Source: Thermoproteota archaeon
Lineage (GTDB): Archaea; Korarchaeota; Korarchaeia; Korarchaeales; Korarchaeaceae
Length of the DNA: 62,726 nucleotides
Direction: 5' to 3'
Assembly: GCA_027491435.1 (NCBI GenBank)
Contig: JAOZFG010000034.1
Span: forward strand, 1 to 62,726
The notes beneath the pieces were generated by a model. It was not told the origin of the DNA. It ran no database searches and was given only the letters and a program-made list of their open reading frames with translations. A program made the position numbers and the translations under genes. Shown piece after piece: positions 38,156 through 47,642 of the stretch (position 1 is its first letter; every line of letters starts with the position of its first letter).

Positions 38156-38388
38156 CTTCTTATCTCCCTCGTTGAATTCCAGTCTCTAACCCTCCTAGAT
38201 AAGGTTTCAGATTTCAAGGCCGCCTTCTTAATCCTAGAAAGGTCCTTTTCACGCCTCTTCTCCTCCTCCCTCCTTATTGTATCTATTATGGCCTGCCTGA
38301 CTACCTCGCTCCAATTTACGTGTTTAAGCTCATCCATCTTCCTCTTGACTTCCCTATCTATTCTGAAGCTGACCACCACAGACATCAA
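38137..38388 (-). CDS. vapB: VapB antitoxin
   Basis: 'VVVSFRID...VNWSEVVRQAI'; overlaps vapC. Confidence 0.82.
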   Translation of the reverse strand: MMSVVVSFRIDREVKRKMDELKHVNWSEVVRQAIIDTIRREEEKRREKDLSRIKKAALKSETLSRRVRDWNSTREIRRWRELL

Positions 38389-38441
38389 CTAGTAATACGT
38401 GTGCGTAATATAAGTATGACCCTCCAAAAAAAGGGGGAGGG

Positions 38442-39572
38442 TTAGTCCTTGAGCAGCAGGTAGAAGAGGGCGGCCATGGCCAGCAGTAGAGGCACCAGCA
38501 TCACGGCGGTTATGGTGTAGAGCTCGGGCACGTTTGCGAGGCTGTTCACGTTAGTGGTCAGGAGGGCGTTCTTCAACAGGTCAGGCAATTTGTTAACGAC
38601 CTCTGGCTGAGCCACGAAGTACGGGAGTTGGCTGTGCATGTTTAGCATTTCCCCAGAGGCCACGGTCAGCAAGGCCAGGGGGCCTACGGCCTTGACGTAG
38701 TTTAGGTTGAACTCCCCACTGTAGAGGGAGTAGGCTAAGAACAGCTGAGCTAAAACCAAGACCATTTTGAGTATGAACAGCCAAGTAAAATCTAGCTTTG
38801 GTTTCATTCCCACGAGGAATCCGAACACGTTAGCGAACTTGTAGGGAGTTGTGAAGTAGAGGACTATAGAATACCAGGTCCCGAACACCAGCATTAGCAC
38901 TAGAGAAGTTAGTCCATACTTTAAGTTCAGCCTGACCAGCTTCATGTACCTTTCATCCTTGCTCTTGTGATACCTCAACCCATAGGCAGTAACTAGAACC
39001 AAGGAGCCCGCTGCCAAAGCTCCGAATATGCTCTTTAGGTATAGAGGCCACAGGGTTGGGTTCATCAGGGCCTCTCCAACGTCCAGCATCGGTTTAGGCT
39101 CTAGCTTGAGGCCAGCAGGGTAGTTAAGGAAGGCGAAAACTGCCCTGAACCCTAAGGGCACCAGGAGGCCGGTTAGGGCCAGAAGGGCTCCCAGCAGGTC
39201 ATGGAGCTCGTTGGATATCTTGCCCCAAAGGTACCAGTAGGACACTATGGAGAAGAACCTGAGCACTATCATTAGGATTGCCAGCCCGAAAGGAACCCAG
39301 GTCAGGTGTCCTGCAAGCCCTATAAATTGGGGGTAGAAGCTAAGCAGTATGACGGTAAAGGCCGTTCCAAAGACGCCTGCAACGGCGTAAGTAGCTGCGT
39401 AGTATCTCATCAGGTATTTTGCCCTCTCTACCAGGAATTCGTCGCCCTCTTTAGTGCCCTTCCACTTCATCCATGGTATGAAAATGCTCAGGGCTATGTC
39501 CAGGTTGACCAACACTATGTGAACGCCGAAGGTTAGGGTTATCAAGGTGGAAACTGGAAGTGGGGCCACCAT
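38442..39572 (-). CDS. cydA': Cytochrome bd second subunit, CydA-derived (CydA')
   Basis: CydA-like N-terminus 'FGVHIVLVN', 'YAVAGVFGT'; degenerate 'SQLPY' in place of GRQPW. Confidence 0.75.
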   Translation of the reverse strand: MVAPLPVSTLITLTFGVHIVLVNLDIALSIFIPWMKWKGTKEGDEFLVERAKYLMRYYAATYAVAGVFGTAFTVILLSFYPQFIGLAGHLTWVPFGLAILMIVLRFFSIVSYWYLWGKISNELHDLLGALLALTGLLVPLGFRAVFAFLNYPAGLKLEPKPMLDVGEALMNPTLWPLYLKSIFGALAAGSLVLVTAYGLRYHKSKDERYMKLVRLNLKYGLTSLVLMLVFGTWYSIVLYFTTPYKFANVFGFLVGMKPKLDFTWLFILKMVLVLAQLFLAYSLYSGEFNLNYVKAVGPLALLTVASGEMLNMHSQLPYFVAQPEVVNKLPDLLKNALLTTNVNSLANVPELYTITAVMLVPLLLAMAALFYLLLKD

Positions 39573-39578
39573 AGATCA

Positions 39579-41171
39579 TCACCTCTTCCAAAGGAACCAG
39601 TAAACTGCTAGCACTAAAGCCACTAGTATTGCTGTGAGGTACAAAGCCACCCCAACTAATTGCCAAGCAGGAGGAGGATTTATTGTGAGTTCTGTTTGAA
39701 CGTCCATGATCCCGTATATGGCCCATGGTTTCCTACCCATTTCTCTAACACCCCATCCTAAGAAGCTAGTTAGCTGTGCTATTGCTGGAGATATTACCAA
39801 AATCGTAAGAAGCCACTTAGGCACTTCTGTCTTGAAGAAGGCGTAGAAGGTCGCCAGCAAGGCAATTAAACCTAGCAACACACCAAGCCCTATCTTAGTG
39901 TAGTACAGGTAGTGAATTATTAGAGGTGGTCTGAAATTAACGTCTATCTTATCGTATATTGGTAACTTAGCGTTTGGATCGCCGTAAGCCATCATAGGCA
40001 TCAACTGTTTCTCGACAAGGTCTTTTAACCCTATCAGCGATGGTAAAGTCGTTATACTCGAACTGGTCCCCTCCATGGCTGCGAACTTTTCAGGGTTATG
40101 TTTAGCTACAGCCACGCCCATCTCATGTCCGGAGATCATCCCTTGATAAGCTATGGCTAGCAGAGCTACTACAGCAGCGAATTTAAGAGATCTCATGAAG
40201 AACTCCCTGTCAGGGGATTCGGGCATCTTAAGGAGCCTTAGCGAGTAGCCCCCCATTATTGTGAAGGCTGACACAGCTATTGCTGCCCCTATTACGTGGA
40301 AGAATGTGGCTAGATACCCACCTGATAAGAACGTTATCATAAAAGTTCCAGCGTTCATGACGGTAGTTGCAACTATTTGATCTATGACTGTTTTGAGAGG
40401 TAACCCGGATACGGAGGACAAAGCCTCTTTTTTAATAACCAAAGCCAGGGTGCTCTCTCCTACAGTCTTGCCCGCAAAGGCTTCGCTCATTAAGGTTCTA
40501 ACGAGACCTGAGGGTAAGATTACTTTGACGAAGCCATCTCCAGTTCCAAGTACGCTTGCACCTACGGACTTTAAAGCGTTTACATCTATTACCTTAGCTA
40601 ATTCAGTTGGAACGAACAGTAAGACTTCTGGAGGAGCCCATTTGCCCGATATGGGGTCATATCTAGCTAAAACGTTCACAGGAGCTTGCATGAAGGAGTT
40701 GACGCTGAGAATCATTGCTGCTGAGTACCAAGCCCCTGCAAATGCTAGAATACCCACTAGCAGGTGTACTTTAGGCGGAAGTTTGTCCTCAGCGTAGAAG
40801 TACATGTAGATAAAAGCTACTTCCATGAGGAAAGCAAAGACCTCCATGTAAAGGGGGAAGTATATGTACCTGCCGGCAGCCTCGGTTAAGTTAGGCCATA
40901 GCAATACCAAGCCAAACTCTGAAGCGGTCCCAGTAGCGGCTCCTACAGCAAATACCATGACGAAGCCTTTGGCTAGCGTCCTCGATAGTCTCTTCCACTG
41001 CTCATTTCCCGTCTTCATCCAGATGGCCTCAGCTATTACTGCCAAGAAGGGGAGACCTATTACGTACTGTAATATGAACCAGTGAACCTCTATTCCTATC
41101 ATGGAGAGCAACCTTTCCCAGCCTGCCGGGTAACTGGAAAGCCATTGGGAAATTAGACCAAAGGGATCCAT
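39579..41171 (-). CDS. cydA: Cytochrome bd quinol oxidase subunit I
   Basis: 'EVHW', 'FAVGAATGTASEF', 'FFHV', 'PEKFAAMEG', 'REMGRKPW'; start taken at ATG 41171. Confidence 0.9.
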   Translation of the reverse strand: MDPFGLISQWLSSYPAGWERLLSMIGIEVHWFILQYVIGLPFLAVIAEAIWMKTGNEQWKRLSRTLAKGFVMVFAVGAATGTASEFGLVLLWPNLTEAAGRYIYFPLYMEVFAFLMEVAFIYMYFYAEDKLPPKVHLLVGILAFAGAWYSAAMILSVNSFMQAPVNVLARYDPISGKWAPPEVLLFVPTELAKVIDVNALKSVGASVLGTGDGFVKVILPSGLVRTLMSEAFAGKTVGESTLALVIKKEALSSVSGLPLKTVIDQIVATTVMNAGTFMITFLSGGYLATFFHVIGAAIAVSAFTIMGGYSLRLLKMPESPDREFFMRSLKFAAVVALLAIAYQGMISGHEMGVAVAKHNPEKFAAMEGTSSSITTLPSLIGLKDLVEKQLMPMMAYGDPNAKLPIYDKIDVNFRPPLIIHYLYYTKIGLGVLLGLIALLATFYAFFKTEVPKWLLTILVISPAIAQLTSFLGWGVREMGRKPWAIYGIMDVQTELTINPPPAWQLVGVALYLTAILVALVLAVYWFLWKR

Positions 41172-41548
41172 GATCAGACCCCACTGGAGAATGCAACGTT
41201 CTAATATAAGGATTACCTTCAAACCCGATGCTTTCATCATTAGAATATTCATCTTTACACTTTTAATAAAATATTTTTGGGCAAATTTCCGATTAATTTA
41301 GATATATTCCGACTAGAACCGCGCCTATTCGACGTAACCTTAACGGTATTTCGATATAAGGCGACCTAAAAAGATGCGTATGTTAGGGACAAATTAGTTT
41401 GTAATTGAAGAGAATATCTTCGACGTTATAACGACTATTTTGGTCTACATGAACCTTTTATATAGATTATCGTTCACATAGCAGGGGATATTAGTTTATA
41501 TAATTGTTCTAATGTTAATCTTTTTATTTAAGGCCAGTCAGTTAAGTT

Positions 41549-42694
41549 ATGGCATCAAATTATGGTGAAGATAAGAGGCCCGTGGTGACCGAATGTAAGT
41601 GTGGAGGGACTTGGATCTCGGTCATTACCCTTATAGTGGCCTTAATAATACTGATACTGCTTCTCCAATGTTGTGGATTCAAGTTCATAGTTGAGGGAGG
41701 CAGGGAGAAGACTGTCACAATAACTGCCGGGTCCCCTCCACCTGAGACGGTCACCTACACCAGCACCGGGCCGGGCGGAGTTGTCACCTACACCAGGACC
41801 GTCACCACAGGGTATACGAGGACCATTACCCAGACAGGGCCCACTAAGACAGTCACTAAGACCGAGACTCAAACTTCAACCACCATGCCAACCTTCACAG
41901 CGACCTTCACGAAGCCCCCTGAGATTTATGAGTGTAGGGAACCCAAACCTTCAGTTTTAGACTTTGAAACTAAGAGCAAAACAATTTGTTACTCGGACAC
42001 CCGGTACCCAGGTTCAAGAACCGGGGGCAAGATTGTCTGCATGTTCCCAAACGATTTTAAAGAATCCATAGTTATGTTCGAGACTAATGAGGCAATAAGC
42101 AGCTTTGATATAAATGGAGGAACCCTATACTACGTAGATTGGAATAGAAATTACATATACAAGGTTGATAACTTCTTCAACAAGAACTCCAAGCCCACGG
42201 CCATCTACAGGCACAGCACCTACGTGAGGGCCGTTAGAGTGGGGTTAGATGGCAAGATATACTTCAGCGAGAGCGATGGGAGTAAGGGAAGCATATACGT
42301 GCTGGAGGGGGGAAGGGCCACCAAAGTCCTAGTGGTCAGCGGACCGTTCAGGTTCTCGGGCTTCTTCGACTTCGATGACAGCGGAAACATATGGATTTCA
42401 ACAGGTGAGACTGGCTACCTCTACGCTTGGACCGGAAGCCGCTGGGAGTTCAGGTACAAGAGCCCGGGCGACTCAGTTTACGGCTTCTTCTTTCTCAAGC
42501 TGGGGACCAGGAAGGGGGTGTGCCCAGAGCTAGTTTACGCCGCTTGGACCGGGAAAGTCGTGTGGACCATACCTGGTGGGAGCTACAGGAAGGAGATAAA
42601 GACGATCCCTTACGACCCCAACGCCTGGATATCTGACGTCAACTCGGTTGAGTTAGCTAAAATCTACAGTTTAGGAGAGGGGCAGCCCGGTTAG
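41549..42694 (+). CDS. Membrane-anchored protein with Thr-rich stalk and probable beta-propeller
   Basis: N-terminal TM flanked by Cys, Thr-rich linker, 'LYYVD', 'GLDGKIYFSE', 'FDDSGNIWIS' blades. Confidence 0.65.
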   Translation: MASNYGEDKRPVVTECKCGGTWISVITLIVALIILILLLQCCGFKFIVEGGREKTVTITAGSPPPETVTYTSTGPGGVVTYTRTVTTGYTRTITQTGPTKTVTKTETQTSTTMPTFTATFTKPPEIYECREPKPSVLDFETKSKTICYSDTRYPGSRTGGKIVCMFPNDFKESIVMFETNEAISSFDINGGTLYYVDWNRNYIYKVDNFFNKNSKPTAIYRHSTYVRAVRVGLDGKIYFSESDGSKGSIYVLEGGRATKVLVVSGPFRFSGFFDFDDSGNIWISTGETGYLYAWTGSRWEFRYKSPGDSVYGFFFLKLGTRKGVCPELVYAAWTGKVVWTIPGGSYRKEIKTIPYDPNAWISDVNSVELAKIYSLGEGQPG

Positions 42695-42754
42695 GTGCTG
42701 TCACCCTCATTTTTACTCAGTAGCCTTTTTAATGGTTTGAAGTAGTTAGCTTGG

Positions 42755-43057
42755 ATGAATATGCTAGATCTGTACTTAGAGGTTAAGGAGGTTAGAAAGA
42801 TCCCTCAGGGAATACAGCTCGCGTTGGGAAGGCCCGCGAGCGTTCAGGAAGTGCCAATGCCCGAAAGTGAAGAGGAGGCGATGATGTACCAGATGATCAG
42901 GGCTATGGAGAAGTACGTGAAGATACCGGTGATGGCGGTGACCGTGGAGTCGCCTATTGTAGCCACAATAACCCTCACGGAGGAGGAGTACCATAGCTTA
43001 GGCAAGCCCACCGTTGGGGACGTGCTCAGGATAGCTCTGAGCAGGGGCGAGGGTTAG
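42755..43057 (+). CDS. Arcadin-1-like protein
   Basis: C-terminal 'ITLTEEEYHSLGKPTVGDVLRI' and central 'ESEEEAMMYQMI' helix resemble arcadin-1. Confidence 0.6.
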   Translation: MNMLDLYLEVKEVRKIPQGIQLALGRPASVQEVPMPESEEEAMMYQMIRAMEKYVKIPVMAVTVESPIVATITLTEEEYHSLGKPTVGDVLRIALSRGEG

Positions 43058-44082
43058 TGTCCTCCCCCTTCCTGTTACTGTTGCTTCTGACCCTCACAGG
43101 TGGCTTCGTCAGGTTCGCCGTAGCTGACATCAACGGAGACGGTTCTTTGGAATTCATAGCCTATGATGGCCGATTTCTGAAGGCCTTCTCCCAATCGGGA
43201 GAGGTACTCCACAAGTGGAAGTATAAGGTGAGTAGCGGGATCGCTGTAGCGGACCTCGACGAAGACGGCATGGAGGAGCTAATATTTGGGACTGAGGATG
43301 GGAGGCTCCTGGCCGTAAACTCTGATGGTAAACTTTGGTCGGTGAGGACGGGAACTCCTGTCGTTGCTAAGCCCGCAGTAGGTGATTACGTGGTTGCAGT
43401 GGACTTCAGGGGCGTTCTCTACTTCATTAAGGGCGGTGAGATCGTCAAGAAGATGAGGATGCTTGGCTGTTGCTGTCACGTTCAGAACCCTCCTGCTCTA
43501 GGAGATCTGAACGGAGACGGCGATGATGAAGTTGTAGTGGCCACAGATCCCGGGAGGGTCTTTATCATATCGGAAGGCAGGGTCTCCAGGAACTTCACCC
43601 TGAGAGGGTTCCCCTCCAAGCCCAAAGTTGTGAACGGAACCCTCTACCTGGGGACTAGGGGCCTCATAATGATTGGAAGTAGGAAGGTGGAGCTCGAACC
43701 TGACGAGTACCCCTTGGACTACGGGCCAGAGGGCTGGGTGAGCACTAAGAGGGTGGTATATCGGGGTAAAGAGGTTTTCAGGGGCGAGGTCAAGAGCGGG
43801 GTTATTCACCCGCTGCCCGTCTTCGTCGCCGGCGACGGCCTCTACTTTTACAACGGCTCCTTGGTCAAGGTGGATGAGGGAGACTTCCTACTCTACACCA
43901 GAGGGGACAAGGTGTTTGCCCTCTCCAGGGAGGAGTTTAAGGTTCACGTTTTAACCCCGCCCCAGAGGATCGAAAAGTCACCTGAAAAAGTCGAGACGCC
44001 CCTCGCAAAGGAGGTGGATTACTGGCCCCTCCTGCTTCTTCTACCGCTGGTTGTAATCCTGATCAAGAGACGGCCTTCCTGA
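43057..44082 (+). CDS. FG-GAP/VCBS-like repeat surface protein
   Basis: 'ADINGDGSLE', 'ADLDEDGMEE', 'GDLNGDGDDE'; signal peptide; C-terminal TM followed by KRR. Confidence 0.75.
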   Translation: MSSPFLLLLLLTLTGGFVRFAVADINGDGSLEFIAYDGRFLKAFSQSGEVLHKWKYKVSSGIAVADLDEDGMEELIFGTEDGRLLAVNSDGKLWSVRTGTPVVAKPAVGDYVVAVDFRGVLYFIKGGEIVKKMRMLGCCCHVQNPPALGDLNGDGDDEVVVATDPGRVFIISEGRVSRNFTLRGFPSKPKVVNGTLYLGTRGLIMIGSRKVELEPDEYPLDYGPEGWVSTKRVVYRGKEVFRGEVKSGVIHPLPVFVAGDGLYFYNGSLVKVDEGDFLLYTRGDKVFALSREEFKVHVLTPPQRIEKSPEKVETPLAKEVDYWPLLLLLPLVVILIKRRPS

Positions 44083-45109
44083 CCACCTCTAAACCCTCCC
44101 TTATCACCCTGTACCTGGCAGAGAACCTCCCGCCCTCCTCCTCGTACTCCACCACCTTCTCCAGCCTCGGCACGACCCTGTGGTTGAAGGCGGGGAAAAG
44201 CATGGCGTTCACGTCCTCCTTCCTCACCTCCCCCCTCCCGCTCAGGTAGGCCCAAGCCTTGGAGAGCTTCAAGAGGTGTATCCCTCCTCTAGGGCTAACC
44301 CCTAGCTCGAAGAACTCCCCGACCTGTGGCAGGAACTCCGGCCTGGTCAGCCTGGTGAGCAGGGTGACGTGCTCCAGCACCTCCTCGCTCACCTTCACCC
44401 TGACCACTTCGTCCTGAGCTCTTATCACGTCCTCTGGGTCGGCCACCTTCATAACTTCTTGAAGGGGCTCCTCAATCCTGCCCTCATGCAGCTTGAGGAT
44501 TTCCCTCTCCTCCTCCACGCTCTCAGGGTAGCCCATCACCACCCTGGTCACGAACCTGTCAAGCTGGGCCTCCGGGAGTGGATAAGTGCCCTCCTGCTCC
44601 ACCGGGTTCTGTGTGGCCGCGACGAAGAAGAACTTCCCCCTGGACCGATCCTCCAGAAAGTAGGTCTTGTTCCCTATTGTGACGCTCCTCTCCTGCATCG
44701 CCTCCAGCAGGGCCGACTGGGTCCTGGGAGTGGCCCTGTTTATCTCGTCGGCCAGCACGAAGTAAGCGAATATGGGCCCGAGCCTAGGCTCGAAGTCCCT
44801 GGTCCTGGGGTTAAAGACCAGGCTTCCCGTTACGTCTGAGGGCATTAGATCAGGGGTGAACTGGATCCTTGAAAAGCCAGAGAACTCGACTCCGTTTACA
44901 GTAACCTTTTCCCCCAGCAGCCCAAGGGACTTGGAGAGGGCCCTCACCAAGGTTGTCTTCGCTATTCCCGGAACTCCCTCCAGGAGGACGTGTCCCCTGG
45001 CCAGCAGGGAAGCCACTACTATCTTCTTCTCCAGCCTATATCCTATGACCGACCTGTCCAAGGCCTCCAGGACCTTCTTTATCCTAGTTAGTGATGATGA
45101 AGTCCCCAA
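44063..45109 (-). CDS. moxR: MoxR-family AAA+ ATPase
   Basis: 'GVPGIAKT', 'RIQFTPDLMPSD', 'LADEINRA', 'ATQNPVEQEGTYPLPEAQLDRF'. Confidence 0.93.
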   Translation of the reverse strand: MGTSSSLTRIKKVLEALDRSVIGYRLEKKIVVASLLARGHVLLEGVPGIAKTTLVRALSKSLGLLGEKVTVNGVEFSGFSRIQFTPDLMPSDVTGSLVFNPRTRDFEPRLGPIFAYFVLADEINRATPRTQSALLEAMQERSVTIGNKTYFLEDRSRGKFFFVAATQNPVEQEGTYPLPEAQLDRFVTRVVMGYPESVEEEREILKLHEGRIEEPLQEVMKVADPEDVIRAQDEVVRVKVSEEVLEHVTLLTRLTRPEFLPQVGEFFELGVSPRGGIHLLKLSKAWAYLSGRGEVRKEDVNAMLFPAFNHRVVPRLEKVVEYEEEGGRFSARYRVIREGLEVVRKAVS

Positions 45110-45953
45110 CCTTCTTCACCTCCGACCAAGGGACGTCTTCGTAGAGGTCCTCCCCCTCAACTTTGACCACTTTATCAGAGAGCTCGTCCAGGACCTCCTG
45201 AGGGGCCTCCATCTTCTTCAGGACTTCCTTCACCTCCTCATATCTCTCCGCCGAAAGCTTGGGCTCCTTGTAAGGGTCAGCCAGTCTGGTAAGCTCCTCC
45301 ACCAACTCCCTGTAGCCCTTCCTCCTGAGCCAGGTGATGAAGGGGAGCCACCTTATCACCTTAGAGGACCCTTTCCTGGAGTAGACCCTGACGCCCGGGT
45401 GTCCAAAGCCTATTACTAGTTCACCGGCAATGCCCAGGATGCCCCTTTCCCTGCTCAGAACCACCTTCTGTCTGACCATATCGGGAAGGGGGTTCTCAGG
45501 CCTCATCAGCGGTTCCATCCCCCTGTACCACACCTCCCTCGGGGTGTCCAGAAGTATCACCCTGAGCTCCCTCCTCACGCCCTCATACTCCACTGTGAGG
45601 TCGTCCACCCACTTGACCTCCGAGACCGGAACCTTGGCCTTGAGCACTTTTACTTCGGCGCTATACACCTTCTTGGGGAGCTCTATCCCGTGATCTCTGG
45701 CCACGCTCACCATGCCCTCCAAGGGGGCGTCGGGAGGGAGGGTTATGCCCTTGCTCTCAAGCCTTATCCTCAGTTCCTCAACGTCTACGGTGCTCTCTCC
45801 CACTCTTACAGGCATTTCCACCAGGAGGAAGGGCCCTTCCTCCGTGAACTCGGCCCCTCCACATAAGCCGTAGTGTAAGCCATCCGAGTCGACCACCTCG
45901 TAGCCAACCAGCTCCTCTGGCGTGAAGAACCTCTCTTTTAGCTCGGACCTCAT
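45084..45953 (-). CDS. Hypothetical protein with two probable PRC-barrel domains
   Basis: 'ELVGYEVVDSDGLHYG...VPVSEVKWVDD..VILL' and 'KVVLSRERGILG...VPWSEVKKVGDFII'. Confidence 0.55.
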   Translation of the reverse strand: MRSELKERFFTPEELVGYEVVDSDGLHYGLCGGAEFTEEGPFLLVEMPVRVGESTVDVEELRIRLESKGITLPPDAPLEGMVSVARDHGIELPKKVYSAEVKVLKAKVPVSEVKWVDDLTVEYEGVRRELRVILLDTPREVWYRGMEPLMRPENPLPDMVRQKVVLSRERGILGIAGELVIGFGHPGVRVYSRKGSSKVIRWLPFITWLRRKGYRELVEELTRLADPYKEPKLSAERYEEVKEVLKKMEAPQEVLDELSDKVVKVEGEDLYEDVPWSEVKKVGDFIITN

Positions 45954-45961
45954 ACAATTTT

Positions 45962-46789
45962 ATGGGTAGACCTCCCTATTATAGTATGTCATTTTGTAAG
46001 AGGGTGAGGTCAGAGCTCAGGGCCGGGCTCAGCCGGTCGGCGAACATGGCAGTTGGCGAGTCCCCTGTTGACGTCGTGGGAATTGGGCTTGAGTACCTAG
46101 ACCTGAGGGAGTACAGATATGGGGATGACGTGAGGAGAGTTGACTGGCGTGCTTCAGCCAGGAGCGTTGACGAGAGGTTGTTCGTTAAGGTTTACAGGGT
46201 TGAGAGGAGGGTTCAGGTTAACCTGGTGGTGGACCTCACCTCCTCAATGGGGTTCAAGGAGAAGCCCCTTATCCTGGCCAGAGCGTTGGGCTTAGTCTTG
46301 GGCTTGGCCTCCAGGCTGAAGGACGTTGTAAGGCCTGTGGTGCTGGCTGACAGGGTGAGGGTGTACCCACCCATGGAGGGGGAGAAGGCCTCATACCTGT
46401 TGCTCAGGGAGGCCTGCTCGGGGTTTAAGGGTGGCTTAACCCTGGGCGCGTTGAAGTTTAGGGGGAGGAGCGTCGTATTCACCGACCCAGCCCAGCCTTT
46501 GGAGGAGGTGAGAAGAGCCAGGGGGATGGGCGCCTCCCTCTTCCTGGTGGCGTCTAAGGGAGAGTTGGGCCTGCCCGTCAGCGGAGCCGGGGCGGTAGGG
46601 GACCTGGAGCTCGGGTTAAATGAGTTCTACGATTTAAACGAGTTCAGCACGGCAGTCAGGGTGCACCTGAACTCCATGAAGGCTTTGCTAGGGGACAGGG
46701 GAGCTTTGCTTACAGAGGACACTGTAAGAAGGCCCCTAAGCGTCGCCCTGCCCTACGTGAGGTGGACTAGGGGAGGTGTCCCCCATTAG
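45962..46789 (+). CDS. DUF58 domain protein (MoxR-associated)
   Basis: 'LREYRYGDDVRRVDWRASAR', 'VDLTSSMGF'. Confidence 0.88.
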   Translation: MGRPPYYSMSFCKRVRSELRAGLSRSANMAVGESPVDVVGIGLEYLDLREYRYGDDVRRVDWRASARSVDERLFVKVYRVERRVQVNLVVDLTSSMGFKEKPLILARALGLVLGLASRLKDVVRPVVLADRVRVYPPMEGEKASYLLLREACSGFKGGLTLGALKFRGRSVVFTDPAQPLEEVRRARGMGASLFLVASKGELGLPVSGAGAVGDLELGLNEFYDLNEFSTAVRVHLNSMKALLGDRGALLTEDTVRRPLSVALPYVRWTRGGVPH

Positions 46790-47642
46790 GCGGGATGGCA
46801 AGAACGTCCTGATATTCGCCGGCTTGCTAGCCCTCCTGCTGGCCATTTTCGCCATCACGCTTATCCCCGAAGCTGAGGCAAAGTACGACCTTAGGGAGCT
46901 TCCAGAGGACTTCATCCGGGCAGTTCACGGCCTGAACCTGAGCGTGAACTCCCTTCACATGAAACTGGACACTAGGGCCCTTGCCGAGGAGATGGGCTCC
47001 CTGGCCAAGAGGTTGATGAAGGTCCACGAGGAGGGGCTCTTCAAGGGCAAGTTGGGGAAGTTATTGAACGAGGCCTCCCTCTCCTACTCCAAGGTGGCTG
47101 AGGCTGCCAGGTACGTTAGTGAGCTCTCCTCCGAGCTCAGGGAGAAAAGGGACGAGTTGAGCCTTATGTTCAGTTACCTGGAGAACTGCAGCGTTGAGGA
47201 GGCCAGGGACTTAGTCGAGAAGCTGGAGCTAGAGAGCACCCTGGAGAAAGCCTCTTCTGCCTTGAACGCCCTGAATCAAGTTAATGAGACCTCTTTACTA
47301 TCAGAGGAACACAGACGCGTTTACAACGAGTCAGTTCATAAGGTGAAGAAAATTTACGATATGTTGGTGGAGCTGATCAAGGTCAGGGATCTCCTGAGTG
47401 AGGAGGACCCCAAGGTGTTGAGGGAGCTCTGCCTGGCCAGAAAGCTGGGCAGGAGGCCTGATCCCTCCCTATCATACGGGAGTGCCTTATCTAGGCTACG
47501 ACAGTTGGACCCAAGCTCTGGGTACGACTACGCTTTCCAGATATACCAGGTCAAGTCTTGGCTTAAGGGAGCTCGGTGCAGGGGTTCAAGTGGCAGAGCT
47601 GGCTCAGGCGCTGGCACCTGGTACCCGGAGAGTGACGATTGA
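46776..47642 (+). CDS. Membrane-anchored helical hypothetical protein
   Basis: N-terminal TM, coiled-coil-like body, Gly-rich tail; overlaps both neighbours. Confidence 0.6.
   Translation: MSPIRRDGKNVLIFAGLLALLLAIFAITLIPEAEAKYDLRELPEDFIRAVHGLNLSVNSLHMKLDTRALAEEMGSLAKRLMKVHEEGLFKGKLGKLLNEASLSYSKVAEAARYVSELSSELREKRDELSLMFSYLENCSVEEARDLVEKLELESTLEKASSALNALNQVNETSLLSEEHRRVYNESVHKVKKIYDMLVELIKVRDLLSEEDPKVLRELCLARKLGRRPDPSLSYGSALSRLRQLDPSSGYDYAFQIYQVKSWLKGARCRGSSGRAGSGAGTWYPESDD

Noticed and set aside
41493-41520. dif-like site AGTTTATATAA-TTGTTC-TAATGTTAATC
   Set aside because: Right arm lacks TTAT, and the sequence sits in an AT-rich promoter region where TATA elements explain it.
41700-41910. 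Short DNA repeats (GTCACCTACACCAG twice)
   Set aside because: Explained by the Thr-rich linker (VTYT repeats).
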